From the sequence record MK373782.1: a DNA stretch of 64,000 bases; one strand, written 5' to 3'. Position numbers and translations under genes: made by a program. Below are positions 45,662 to 55,573 of the stretch, in pieces. This DNA is from Escherichia phage vB_EcoM_KAW3E185. A model generated the notes under the pieces. It saw nothing but the letters and a program-made list of their open reading frames with translations, was not told the origin of the DNA and did not search any database. Position 1 is the stretch's first letter. Each line of letters opens with the position of its first letter.

Positions 45662-46488
45662 AATAATATCCAATTTTTCCAAGCTTCATCAGTAGAATTA
45701 CAGCGTTTTAGTATAAGATGTCTAGAAACTTTTATGGCATTTGAGCACTTTTTAATTGAATCATACTTAATACCGTCAACTGAAACGGTTTTGCTAGTTG
45801 GAGAAATTTTTCCATACATTGGATTTTTTGAACCAACTTGAAGTCCTTTTAAAGCTTTTGAAAGCTTTTGTCTAGATTCCAATGACATGGGAGAATTCTT
45901 TTTACCTTCAATAATTCGCTTGCGATGAAGTTCGCGTTCTTCTTCACTCAAAGAATTGTAATATTTTTTAACACCGTTTGATATAGATAATTTATCTTTC
46001 TCAGACCGCTCTCCAGCTAATTTACTTCTAACATCTTTTCGCTTCATAGCTATGCTTACGGCTTTATTTAAATTTGCTTGATGCTCTGGCGTACGTTTAT
46101 ATTTCTTTAAAGCACGTGAAATAGCTATTTTAGTTTCTTCTGTTCTCTTTTTACCTTTATTTGCTAAACTATTTTTGCGGCGATGTTCAAGTGTCTGTTC
46201 ATAGGCAGTTCCACCTTTTCCACCAGGTTTAATATTATATGTATTTTCTTTTAGACAATACTCTTCGGTTACGAGTTCAGCTTCTTTATCATACATTTGC
46301 TTTTCATTATCAAAAACATATAAAATTTCTTTATAAAAATTTTTTCTACCATATTTTAATAAAGCAGCACGAATCAATGTTCCTGATCCCATATAACCGT
46401 CATTTATGTTATCGGTGCTATGCGCACCGATATATTCCTTTGAATTAATTATATTTGTTATTTTATAAATTATATAATACCTATGCAT
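45658..46488 (-). CDS. free-standing GIY-YIG homing endonuclease (Seg/Mob-like), 276 aa
   Basis: N-terminal YIIYKITN...KEYIGAHS GIY-YIG motif; repeated basic helix (NUMOD-like) modules; stop overlaps the nrdG start. Confidence 0.7.
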   Translation of the reverse strand: MHRYYIIYKITNIINSKEYIGAHSTDNINDGYMGSGTLIRAALLKYGRKNFYKEILYVFDNEKQMYDKEAELVTEEYCLKENTYNIKPGGKGGTAYEQTLEHRRKNSLANKGKKRTEETKIAISRALKKYKRTPEHQANLNKAVSIAMKRKDVRSKLAGERSEKDKLSISNGVKKYYNSLSEEERELHRKRIIEGKKNSPMSLESRQKLSKALKGLQVGSKNPMYGKISPTSKTVSVDGIKYDSIKKCSNAIKVSRHLILKRCNSTDEAWKNWILL

Positions 46489-47760
46489 GTTTTACTCGTT
46501 TTACCATTTCTTTCATTTTACCTAAATTCCATGGGACAACGCTAGGAGTTCCAAGATATCCGCATGTTCTTCTTATGGTATTCATCTTTTTAGGATCAGT
46601 TTCTCCACAAATAGAACAAACAAATCCGTTTTCAGTAGGAGTCATTTCATGGGTACTTCCACATGTAAAACATTTATCCACTGGCATATTAACACCAAAA
46701 TAATCTAAATGTTGTGCAGCATAATCCCAGACGGCCTCAAGCCCCTTTAAATTGTTTTTCATATCTGGAAGTTCAACATAAGAAATGTGACCGCCTGTCG
46801 CAATGAAATGATATGGGGCTTCGCGAGAAATCTTTTCAAACGGAGTGATATTTTCTTCTACTGAAACATGGAAACTGTTAGTGTACCATCCTTTATCGGT
46901 AACATCTTTTACACTTCCATATTTTTCAGTATCAAGTTTACAGAAGCGATAGCAAAGGTTTTCAGCAGGAGTAGAATACAAGCTAAAAGCAAAACCGGTT
47001 CTTTCGGTCCACTGCTTAAGACGAGCATTCATTTTAGTTAAAATTTCTTGTCCAATATCACGACCGACAAGAATATTCAATTCGTGAATACCGATGTATC
47101 CTAGGGACACTGAACTTCTACCGTTTTTAAATAACTCAATTATATCATCATCAGGTTTAAGACGGACCCCAAATGCACCTTCTTGGTAAAGAATAGGAGC
47201 AACAGTAGCTTTAACTCCTTTTAAGGAACTAATTCTACACATCAAGGCTTCAAAGCACAGATCCATTCGTTCATTAAATAACTCAACAAATTTCTGTTCA
47301 TTGAACTGTGTTCCAATATAAGAATCTAACGCGATGCGAGGAAGATTCAGTGTTACAACGCCAAGATTATTACGTCCATCAAGAATTTCATTACCAGTCG
47401 AATCTTTCCATACACTCAAGAAACTACGGCAGCCCATTGGAGAAACAGGAACTGAAGAACCGGTAATAGCTTTATTATTCTTAACCGAAATAATGTCAGG
47501 ATACATTCTTTTGCTTGCACATTCTAACGCAAGTTGTTTAATATCATAGTTCGGATCATCTTTATAAAGATTAACACCTTCTTCAACAAACATAACAAGT
47601 TTAGGAAAAATAGGAGTTATTCCATCACGACCAAGACCTTTAATGCGGTTTTTAAGAATTGCCTTCTGAATCATTCGTTCAGTCCAGTCAGTTCCCGTAC
47701 CAAATGTAATTGTTACAAAAGGCGTTTGTCCGTTTGAACTAAAGAGAGTATTTACTTCAT
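46481..47760 (-). CDS. nrdD: anaerobic ribonucleoside-triphosphate reductase NrdD, exon 2
   Basis: C-terminal glycyl-radical motif RRTCGYLG and Cys cluster CFTCGS...CSICG; exon boundary placed so that the spliced product is 605 aa. Confidence 0.8.
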
Positions 47761-48805
47761 CATTATATTCAGCATGAGTCGCAAATTCATGCTCGTTTAT
47801 ATGAAACAACAAAATTTGGATAGTCCATAGATATGCAACGTTCTTTTATAGTGCTAGGATGAAAATTTAGCGCTTTAGCTGCTTCTATATAAGACGTATA
47901 CTTAATACCGTCAACAACCACATATTCAGGAACTTTATGAATAGTAGTCTTAATACTCAAAACAAGAGGATGAGTTTCGACTTCACTTTCAGTGCAATTT
48001 AAATATTCCGCTGCTTTTTTAAAACTTCTAAAAGTTTTATTTTTAAGCTTTATCGATACTTGTTTTTTACTTTTTCGACTATTGATATTATTTTGCACAT
48101 GTTCCTTAGATCTTCCGTTTTTAGCATAATATTCAGCTACAGAAGATTTTATATTGTTTTTATGAGATTCGGATAACACTTTACCCTTATGAGCATCTCT
48201 TAATTTTTGAATATGTTCTTCAGTATCCGGATGCTTATAAAACTTTTTACCGCCTATGGATTTATTTAAACATTTTTTGCTATAAAAATATTTACGTATG
48301 ACCTCTTCTTCATGTTTTAATGCATCTTTATAACTATCAAATGTTTTTAAAATTATCCATTTAGTAGGTGTATCAGTTTTTAAGCGTTCATTTATATACT
48401 TAGATGACGTTGTGTAAGTTTTCCAGTTTGTGGGCTTATTTTTAATTGTTCTAAATTTTTTATAACCGATATAAATGTCGCCATTAGAAAACTTAACTAA
48501 GTATGTAAATGCGTCTTTATCTTTTATTTTAGTACAACGTCTTTTTATCCATTTCATTGTTTCACCTCGTATTCATAAGATAATCTTATTTATACAAGAT
48601 GACTGCTGCATGTCGCCATGCAGATTAGACTATATCTTCATCTTTCGATGCCGGCCGTTTCGAATAGCATTAGCTTCTATTCTACACCGCTACATTCATC
48701 ACGGTTAGTCGTTAGGCATTTAGTTCAAAAGAACATTTAGCACGGGATTGTCTACTAGAGAGGTTCCCCGTTTAGACCGGTTTTACATGAGCCTGAATTA
48801 AATTA
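47761..48805 (-). mobile_element. group I intron in nrdD (about 1045 nt) carrying a homing-endonuclease ORF
   Basis: nrdD reading frame is interrupted; exon 1 ends in U and the intron ends in G; GC-rich conserved core CUAAACGGGGAACCUCUCUAGUAGACAAUCCCGUGCUAAAU; splicing restores ...AFQAYE-YEVNTLF... Confidence 0.65.
47787..48557 (-). CDS. intron-encoded GIY-YIG homing endonuclease (I-TevII-like), 256 aa
   Basis: FTYLVKFSNGDIYIGYKKF GIY-YIG motif; located entirely within the nrdD intron. Confidence 0.7.
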   Translation of the reverse strand: MKWIKRRCTKIKDKDAFTYLVKFSNGDIYIGYKKFRTIKNKPTNWKTYTTSSKYINERLKTDTPTKWIILKTFDSYKDALKHEEEVIRKYFYSKKCLNKSIGGKKFYKHPDTEEHIQKLRDAHKGKVLSESHKNNIKSSVAEYYAKNGRSKEHVQNNINSRKSKKQVSIKLKNKTFRSFKKAAEYLNCTESEVETHPLVLSIKTTIHKVPEYVVVDGIKYTSYIEAAKALNFHPSTIKERCISMDYPNFVVSYKRA

Positions 48806-49343
48806 ACTCATACGCCTGGAATGCGTCATAGACATCTTTTTCTGTTTTAGATTGAGCATAATTCAACGCATCAGCGATTTGCCATTTTTCTGCATCCTCA
48901 ATATGTTTTGCATAGGTGCGTTTAACATAAGGAGAAAGTACTTTATCTACATTAGCAAAAGTCGTTCCGCCGTATTGATGGGAAGCAACTTGTGCAGTAA
49001 TTTGTGCCATAATTGCAGTAGCAACACCAATAGATTTAGGCGTTTCAATTTGAGCATTGCCTAATTTAAATCCATTCTCAAGCATCCCCTTTAAATCGAC
49101 TAAACAGCAATTGGTAAACGGAAGAGCAGGAGAATAATCAATATCATGCATGTGAATGATTCCGCGTTCATGCGCATTCATAATAAAAGACGGGACCATA
49201 TTTTTGGCAATGTGTTTAGACACAATACCAGCCATAAGGTCCCGTTGAGTTGGAAAAACACGAGAATCTTTATTAGCATTCTCGTTCAAAAGATCTTTAT
49301 TAGTTTTATAAATTAATCCTTCAATTTCTTTTTCAATTTTCAT
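48806..49343 (-). CDS. nrdD: anaerobic ribonucleoside-triphosphate reductase NrdD, exon 1
   Basis: N-terminal NrdD sequence MKIEKEIEGLIYKTNKDLL...; the track ORF runs 3 codons into the intron before a stop. Confidence 0.8.
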
Positions 49344-49813
49344 TTTAAACTCTTTCTAAGCTGCTTTTTGAATGAAGCTATTAATTGTGTTTTAGTATCG
49401 GATTCATTATATTCAAATCCTCTTTGAAGCATCTCGGACATCATTTCCTCTTTACCTAGTCTTGAGAACTCTTTAGTTTTGTCTGGAACAAAATTAGGAT
49501 GGATATTATTATCAGAATAATCTTGTTTCAAATAAGCAAGAAGAGATTCAAGCCATTCGAGGTAATCAACGTTTTGACCTTTAAGACCAGAACGGTTGAA
49601 CTTATGCTTCATTTGACCTTCTGCTGTGTTGCACAGATTACAGAGTAACCCACGAACTCTACCGGCTTTTGGCCCGTTTAATTCGTGGTCGTGGTCAAGA
49701 TGGTTACCTTGAACATCAGGGTCTAATTCACGGTGGCAAATAGGACACTTACCGTTCTGTGCATCATAAAATTTTTGTTTTTCTTCTTTATATTTTGCGC
49801 CTGATAATAACAT
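49340..49813 (-). CDS. 49: endonuclease VII (Holliday junction resolvase) gp49, 157 aa
   Basis: Zinc-binding CPICHRE...HLDHDHELNG...CNLCN matches T4 endo VII as I recall it. Confidence 0.9.
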   Translation of the reverse strand: MLLSGAKYKEEKQKFYDAQNGKCPICHRELDPDVQGNHLDHDHELNGPKAGRVRGLLCNLCNTAEGQMKHKFNRSGLKGQNVDYLEWLESLLAYLKQDYSDNNIHPNFVPDKTKEFSRLGKEEMMSEMLQRGFEYNESDTKTQLIASFKKQLRKSLK

Positions 49814-49848
49814 GATAAACCCTTACCTTAAATAGATAAGGGTATTTA

Positions 49849-50274
49849 TTAACTTAAACGTCTTTCTAAATATTCAATGTATTCTGCGGCTGCTTGCATC
49901 AGGTTACCTTCATAGCCGTCGTTATTTTCTTGTCCGGCTAATTTAGCTAATGCATAAGAAATTCGTTCACCTTCGAATTCGCCAAGTTTACTACCTAGCA
50001 CATCCGCAATATCAGCCGAATCAATTTCTTCGAGTTCATCTATTGAATGTGATTCCCAGAAGCACCAAAGAGAAGTATCACGGTCATAGATGCAAAGTTT
50101 CTCACCAGTGTTCAACATCACTTCAATAATGCCATGGTCGCCATAACCATCTTCGGTCGTAGTACCAATTACCTTGATGATTGTTCCTTTCTTTAATTCA
50201 GGAAACTTGACTTGTAGTTCTTCATCTTCTTTAACAATCTTGAACCATTTACCACGTGTGTCAGAAATATTCAT
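49849..50274 (-). CDS. hypothetical acidic protein (141 aa) at the pin position
   Basis: Positional only. Confidence 0.4.
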   Translation of the reverse strand: MNISDTRGKWFKIVKEDEELQVKFPELKKGTIIKVIGTTTEDGYGDHGIIEVMLNTGEKLCIYDRDTSLWCFWESHSIDELEEIDSADIADVLGSKLGEFEGERISYALAKLAGQENNDGYEGNLMQAAAEYIEYLERRLS

Positions 50275-50275
50275 A

Positions 50276-50473
50276 TCAATATCCTCTATAAAAGTTGCGA
50301 TGCGTGCGTTTCGCTTTGCGAAGCTGACGTTTAGTTGGTCGAACCGTAAATGGTCGTCCGGAGAAAAAATTTGGTTCAGTTTTAATCAACACATACCAAT
50401 CGTGTTCGCCACTTTTTAATAAACGGTATAACAATTTAACTTGCATAATAATCTCTTCCCATTTCCAAATCAA
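50276..50473 (-). CDS. small protein with basic RPTKRQLR tail (65 aa)
   Basis: Tail motif FTVRPTKRQLRKAKR shared with ORF 19965-20177. Confidence 0.45.
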   Translation of the reverse strand: MIWKWEEIIMQVKLLYRLLKSGEHDWYVLIKTEPNFFSGRPFTVRPTKRQLRKAKRTHRNFYRGY

Positions 50474-50574
50474 TCATATCGTTTACTGTAGGTTCATCAT
50501 AACACGTTTCTTCGTCGTTGTAAACTGTTTCGACGTCTGGCTCGACAGTTTCCCATCGAGCCGAATACCATGGC

Positions 50575-50931
50575 TTAACCCCGGAGTTTATTGAGCTCTT
50601 CATAATCAATCCAGGATTCTAGCCCTGACGGCAGGTCACATTCAATGTTCCACAGAAGCTCTTCAATGGCTTGCAGGCGATTATATTCTTCAACGGTAAT
50701 GGTAACCATTGGTGCAACCGGTTCTGCCTTTTTAACCATCATGTCGTTCATCAGGACGTAAAGGTCATCACGAACGACAGTGTCGTTCCAACCCCATGAT
50801 TTGGCTTCGTAAGCTAATGATGAAGGGAGCACATTTAAAACTTCAATAATAGTTGGAGCATCAGGACCAAGTTCATTGGCACAAACTTCGTATACATCTT
50901 GGAAATCTTTAAGATTTAATGAATATGTCAT
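50575..50931 (-). CDS. hypothetical protein (118 aa)
   Basis: ORF on gene strand; stop overlaps the nrdC start region. Confidence 0.45.
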   Translation of the reverse strand: MTYSLNLKDFQDVYEVCANELGPDAPTIIEVLNVLPSSLAYEAKSWGWNDTVVRDDLYVLMNDMMVKKAEPVAPMVTITVEEYNRLQAIEELLWNIECDLPSGLESWIDYEELNKLRG

Positions 50932-51191
50932 TTAAAATATTCTCGCAGTTGGTCAAATCCACCAATATGACTTCCATCAGGAGCAAATACCTGAGGCATA
51001 GTCAATCCAACTTGTGATTCACGTCCTAGTTTATTCAGAAGCTCGTCAATTTTTTCTTCATCAAATACACCTTTCTCTGGCATCACGTTAATGAATTCGA
51101 ACGGCTGTTTCTTAACAGTCAGCAATCGTTTCGCATTATCACAATAAATGCATTTATGAATAGTAGAGTCATACCCGTACACTTTAAACAT
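50928..51191 (-). CDS. nrdC: thioredoxin NrdC
   Basis: MFKVYGYDSTIHKCIYCDNAKRLL (CxYC active site) matches T4 NrdC as I recall it; start chosen at Met7. Confidence 0.85.
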   Translation of the reverse strand: MFKVYGYDSTIHKCIYCDNAKRLLTVKKQPFEFINVMPEKGVFDEEKIDELLNKLGRESQVGLTMPQVFAPDGSHIGGFDQLREYFK

Positions 51192-51597
51192 TATTTTTCC
51201 TTTCATCAATTAAATATGCAATGCCAAATACAATACATGTAATAAAACCTGTGATACAGATAGAAACCAACAACACTGTACCAAAGAACCAAATCAAGTT
51301 ATCTTTAGTAGTTTGTTTGATATCCATCTCACGAATTTCTATAGCTATCGTATCACCTTTATTCAGAAGCGTATAAAACGATGGCGATACACGCCTGTCA
51401 AAAACTCGTCCTTGCTCATCTTTATAGACTGCAATAAATTCTAATTTAGAATATTTTCCTGTAGATTGACCTGAGATTAGCTCTACTACCTCCACAGGAA
51501 TTACTTTAGTTTCCATGTAAGTATTTTGGCTGTTCCAAATGAATGGAATAATAGCAAAAACTAAAGCTGCGATAAAACAACGAAGGCTATATCTCAT
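51184..51597 (-). CDS. membrane protein (137 aa, N- and C-terminal hydrophobic helices)
   Basis: Hydrophobic segments at both ends. Confidence 0.45.
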   Translation of the reverse strand: MRYSLRCFIAALVFAIIPFIWNSQNTYMETKVIPVEVVELISGQSTGKYSKLEFIAVYKDEQGRVFDRRVSPSFYTLLNKGDTIAIEIREMDIKQTTKDNLIWFFGTVLLVSICITGFITCIVFGIAYLIDERKNNV

Positions 51598-51902
51598 TAT
51601 AATGTTCTCTCAAATTTGTGGAAGCATTTACGGCATTTCAATTTCAAGTTATCAGTGGTCCAGTTAACCAGTTGGACTTGGATAGTTCCACATTCCGGGC
51701 ATGGATGTTTTGCTGCCGATTTGGCAGCATTTTCACGTCGTTCAACCATTTTCATTATTTCGTTCCATGCCGGAGGAACGAACTCTTCTTCACCGTGGAT
51801 TTTATCTCGCTGAACAAATTCAATCTTTGAACTATCGTCAATAAACTTAACCAAGCGGTGATTAGTGCTCATATCAATATCCTCTAAAAGGCGTAGTTTC
51901 AT
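51597..51902 (-). CDS. zinc-ribbon protein (101 aa)
   Basis: CPECG...CRKC motif pair. Confidence 0.45.
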   Translation of the reverse strand: MKLRLLEDIDMSTNHRLVKFIDDSSKIEFVQRDKIHGEEEFVPPAWNEIMKMVERRENAAKSAAKHPCPECGTIQVQLVNWTTDNLKLKCRKCFHKFERTL

Positions 51903-52852
51903 TATAACACCTCAATGGCATTTCGTAAACCATCCGCTTTCGCATTCAGAGCTTTTAACGATTTAGTTTGTTCTGCAATCTGGGCTTCGACTTCTTTCAG
52001 ACGAGATTTGAGATATTCGCGTTCTTCTCTTAAGTTATCAACTTTTTCTGCTTTAGGCTCTTTAATAGACTTAGGCTTATACTCGTTAGGGTTCTTCAAC
52101 TTAATTTGAATGCGAGAACTGTATAACATTGAACCATTATCTTCGGTTTCATCATACATTTCTACCACGTCCATGATTCTTAACATCATGCGAAGTTTAT
52201 AAGACAGCGAACGAATGGTTTTATTGTGCTTCTTAATTTCTTCAACTTTCATGGTGCCGAGATTACGTGAGTAATAATAAGGAACCTGAATATCAATTGA
52301 TAATGATGCGGTACCATTACCGGTTGGTTTGAACACTGCAGTAACCCAATCTTTAGCATGAACTGTATTTGTACGATCATCGCCGCCTGTGAATAATTTA
52401 CGAGAATGTTTAAAAAGCATATTCACTTGGTTATTGAATTCACAAGCAAATTTATCAGCAAATTTAGTTTCAGGAATGGTAGTTAACCAATCAGCCAAAT
52501 GAGTCTTTTTAACATCATTAACAATAGTGAATTCAACCAAATCGGTTTTAGATGTCACAGATTTAATAAAGCTCGGCTTCATAAAGTTTTTAATGTTATC
52601 GCGAGCTACAGTAGAAGATAATAAACGAGAACGTTTGAACCATTGAAGCAGTGTCCCTAATGAATGAGAATATGCATTTTGAGTATCTTTACAGATATGA
52701 TTTTCTTGGCCTATGTATGTACCAAAATCTCGAAGAATACCACTTACTACATCTCGGTGTGGAACATCAAATCCTAGTACACCAGAAGCACGTTGGGCAT
52801 GAACGTTAGCGATAAGACCTGCAAAGTATTCAATGTAATGTGAACGTGTCAT
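51902..52852 (-). CDS. hypothetical protein with C-terminal coiled coil (316 aa)
   Basis: Heptad-like C-terminus; own early promoter. Confidence 0.5.
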   Translation of the reverse strand: MTRSHYIEYFAGLIANVHAQRASGVLGFDVPHRDVVSGILRDFGTYIGQENHICKDTQNAYSHSLGTLLQWFKRSRLLSSTVARDNIKNFMKPSFIKSVTSKTDLVEFTIVNDVKKTHLADWLTTIPETKFADKFACEFNNQVNMLFKHSRKLFTGGDDRTNTVHAKDWVTAVFKPTGNGTASLSIDIQVPYYYSRNLGTMKVEEIKKHNKTIRSLSYKLRMMLRIMDVVEMYDETEDNGSMLYSSRIQIKLKNPNEYKPKSIKEPKAEKVDNLREEREYLKSRLKEVEAQIAEQTKSLKALNAKADGLRNAIEVL

Positions 52853-52880
52853 AATATTTTCCTCTCGTTAAGATAAATTC

Positions 52881-52910
52881 ATTATACTCCAACCATCCTT
52901 GGTTGTAAAC
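52881..52910 (-). promoter_or_regulatory. early promoter (-35 GTTTAC, 18 nt, -10 TATAAT), cassette family A
   Basis: Same 30-bp cassette as at 8910-8939; coordinates approximate. Confidence 0.5.
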
Positions 52911-52914
52911 TGAT

Positions 52915-53874
52915 TTATGATTTTAACGCATTCATTGCGTTAAAAAGTTTAGAATACTGCAACTGGAGATTCGTTACAACACTTTGAGCATCACGAAGCT
53001 TAGCTTGTGCTTTGTCAAGTTCAACAGACAGTTGGTCCATAGTGGCCTTGATTTGATTGTAATGGTAATCTTCGGCCGGAAGAAGGTCATTAGAAACATT
53101 TAGTTTTACTGCAGACAGTTTGCACACATTTGGCAAACCTTTAAACATTGATTTACCCGAAGTAGAATAAGCACTTAGGACTTCGGCCTGTTCAATTGGG
53201 GTCCCAGTAAGCGATGCTTCAAACAATGCATTTTCCTTTTTAAGATTTTGATAGTATTCAGAGTCTTTGTGCCACCATGGCGCAGGAACCTTTTTACCAA
53301 TAGATACACGAGCCTGGATAGCGATATTGCCCTTATTCTTGATAGGGTCGATAATATTAAGCTCACGAGAATAAATTGCTTTAATCTGGTGAATATTATC
53401 ACCTAACACTTCCAACGCTTGGTGGAATACACGAGCAACGTTATCATTCTTAGGTTTATACGTAAGAGTGAACTCGTTCTCACTGATAACCATGATTTCC
53501 AACTTATCGTAAGTATATTTCAAATGTTTCATGTTAATTGCTTGAGGACGAATACGAGAAGCAATGGCCATCAGATTGTTAAGGTTATTCCGGAACTGCT
53601 TAGCGAAATATTGTCCTTCACCGCCAATACAAAAATTACGAAGTTTCTGTTTGGCCAATAAACGGCTGAACTCGCCATTTTTAATGAACTCTTTAACGGG
53701 TGTGTTAGTAACGCATTCAAATTGAGTAAACTTACGAGAATTAATCCCATAATACGAACAGATTTCCTCAATCTCTTCAGGAGTCTTTACAGGCATACGG
53801 ATAGGATTAGGTCCTGGAGTATATGCGTTCGAGGTAAATTCTTTGATAAGTTCTCTACGTGTAATAAAAGCCAT
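52915..53874 (-). CDS. hypothetical protein with C-terminal coiled coil (319 aa)
   Basis: Heptad-like C-terminus; own early promoter. Confidence 0.5.
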   Translation of the reverse strand: MAFITRRELIKEFTSNAYTPGPNPIRMPVKTPEEIEEICSYYGINSRKFTQFECVTNTPVKEFIKNGEFSRLLAKQKLRNFCIGGEGQYFAKQFRNNLNNLMAIASRIRPQAINMKHLKYTYDKLEIMVISENEFTLTYKPKNDNVARVFHQALEVLGDNIHQIKAIYSRELNIIDPIKNKGNIAIQARVSIGKKVPAPWWHKDSEYYQNLKKENALFEASLTGTPIEQAEVLSAYSTSGKSMFKGLPNVCKLSAVKLNVSNDLLPAEDYHYNQIKATMDQLSVELDKAQAKLRDAQSVVTNLQLQYSKLFNAMNALKS

Positions 53875-53900
53875 TTTATATTCCTCATGTTGAAAAATTT

Positions 53901-53930
53901 ATTATACTCCAACCATCCTTGGTTGTACAT
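53901..53930 (-). promoter_or_regulatory. early promoter (-10 TATAAT; -35 GTACA-like), cassette family A
   Basis: Near-copy of the 8910/52881 cassette; coordinates approximate. Confidence 0.45.
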
Positions 53931-54925
53931 CATTCCTTAAGAAGTTTTACTACTTGAATAAGATTAGCTCGTTCTGTTTTATTTTTACCGTTTAAGCCTG
54001 CTAATCGTGAGATTTCATCGTCAGTCTGTTGAATAGTTACATTAAGTTCGTTAATCAAAGCTTCAAAGTATTTGATTTGCTCAGCATGTTTTGATTCAAA
54101 TTTCTGAACCGGAATAACGTCTTGGTTCAGTTCATCAATAAGGTCTTTAAGAGCATCTTCTTGGTTGATATCATATTCAACTTCTTTTATTTCTTCAACG
54201 AGCTCGTCTTTATATCTAACGTCTTTTAGTCCTGGAGCTGGTCCTGAAATCTCTTCTTTAAGAGTACAAACATACCCAATACGGTATCCAACGCCGTCTC
54301 GCTTGATATCAACTTCGTCGATAAATCCACAATGTTTAAGTCCAGAGCCGATTATGTCAAAATATCCTTGACGTCGTCCTTCAAACGTTACACGAACTAC
54401 TAAGACGGTTTTGCCACCGACCTTTTGAAGCTCACATTTATAAAAGTTTGTTGAACCTGAATAACATGGATGAGTTTTAAAGTTCATCTGACGATCTAGG
54501 CCCATTTGTAAACGTGCTGTTACGGCCATAAAACGTGTTTGGTTCTCGTTAAGATGAGCAACAATCCATTTCAAAGGCATTTTACCCTGTTCACGGCCGA
54601 ACAAATCAGTACGTCCTAGATTACGCAGGATGTTGTTAGAGTTAATCATCGACAGAACGTTAAGTTTATTCAGCGCGCTGAAGATTCCATCAGCCATTGA
54701 TTTTCCATAACCTTTACACGCTTTAATAAGTGCTCGCGGCAGATTAGTATAGATTTCAGACGGCATATGAAAATCAAATTTACTAACCAGTAATTGATGA
54801 ACTTGGATAGCAATTTGTTCATAATTAAGTGCTCTGCGATCGTTATGGTCTTTAAACCACACTTTAATCTGTGAAGCACATAAACCGTTAATTTCATGTT
54901 TTACCGCATCAGATGTAATGCTCAT
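53930..54925 (-). CDS. hypothetical protein with C-terminal coiled coil (331 aa)
   Basis: Heptad-like C-terminus. Confidence 0.5.
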   Translation of the reverse strand: MSITSDAVKHEINGLCASQIKVWFKDHNDRRALNYEQIAIQVHQLLVSKFDFHMPSEIYTNLPRALIKACKGYGKSMADGIFSALNKLNVLSMINSNNILRNLGRTDLFGREQGKMPLKWIVAHLNENQTRFMAVTARLQMGLDRQMNFKTHPCYSGSTNFYKCELQKVGGKTVLVVRVTFEGRRQGYFDIIGSGLKHCGFIDEVDIKRDGVGYRIGYVCTLKEEISGPAPGLKDVRYKDELVEEIKEVEYDINQEDALKDLIDELNQDVIPVQKFESKHAEQIKYFEALINELNVTIQQTDDEISRLAGLNGKNKTERANLIQVVKLLKE

Positions 54926-54987
54926 AACTATTTCCTCAGATTGAATTGGAACTCAAAACCATTATAACCCGTCCTTGGGTAAAGCGT

Positions 54988-55515
54988 TTATGCGTGAACC
55001 GTCTTTAAACGTTCTTCAAATTTCCGAAGAGTACTAATACGTTCTGCTTTCTGTTTTGTATAGTTTGCAATACGTTCTGAAGTGAGAGCGTATCGTTCGT
55101 TTACTGATTCTTTCATGAAGTCAGGGATTTCACGAGAAGCTTTAATTTCATCAAACTTATCGAGTACTGCCTGGTCTTCAGCGATTAAATTTTCGTACAT
55201 CTCGATATCTTTCTTGATAAACTCGATATCTTCCTGGGTTACTTTGGATAAACGAGATGCTTTATCCTTTTTGTACTGCTCGTTAGTTTCACGAGACCAG
55301 AATAATGTACGTTTTTTGTTAGTGTTTTTGTAGACTTCCACAATTCCAACTGAATCGATGATAACAATCCAATTCCAGCGAGATTTGAAAATCTGACCTC
55401 CGTCCACGGTAATCTCGTTACCATAAGCAACGTCATTAAAGAACTTGCTTTGTGCTTCAGATTTAAATTTACCGTCGTTATAATTTACCAGGTTGAAAAT
55501 ATCTTTAGCGTTCAT
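54988..55515 (-). CDS. hypothetical protein with C-terminal coiled coil (175 aa)
   Basis: ORF with upstream early promoter. Confidence 0.5.
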   Translation of the reverse strand: MNAKDIFNLVNYNDGKFKSEAQSKFFNDVAYGNEITVDGGQIFKSRWNWIVIIDSVGIVEVYKNTNKKRTLFWSRETNEQYKKDKASRLSKVTQEDIEFIKKDIEMYENLIAEDQAVLDKFDEIKASREIPDFMKESVNERYALTSERIANYTKQKAERISTLRKFEERLKTVHA

Positions 55516-55542
55516 GTTTTACCTCCAGTAGTTGATAGGTCT

Positions 55543-55571
55543 ATAATAACATAACCATAGACCTTGTAAAC
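55543..55571 (-). promoter_or_regulatory. early promoter (-35 GTTTAC, 17 nt, -10 TATTAT), cassette family B
   Basis: Hexamers followed by AGACCTATCAACTACTGGAGG leader; coordinates approximate. Confidence 0.5.
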
Positions 55572-55573
55572 AA

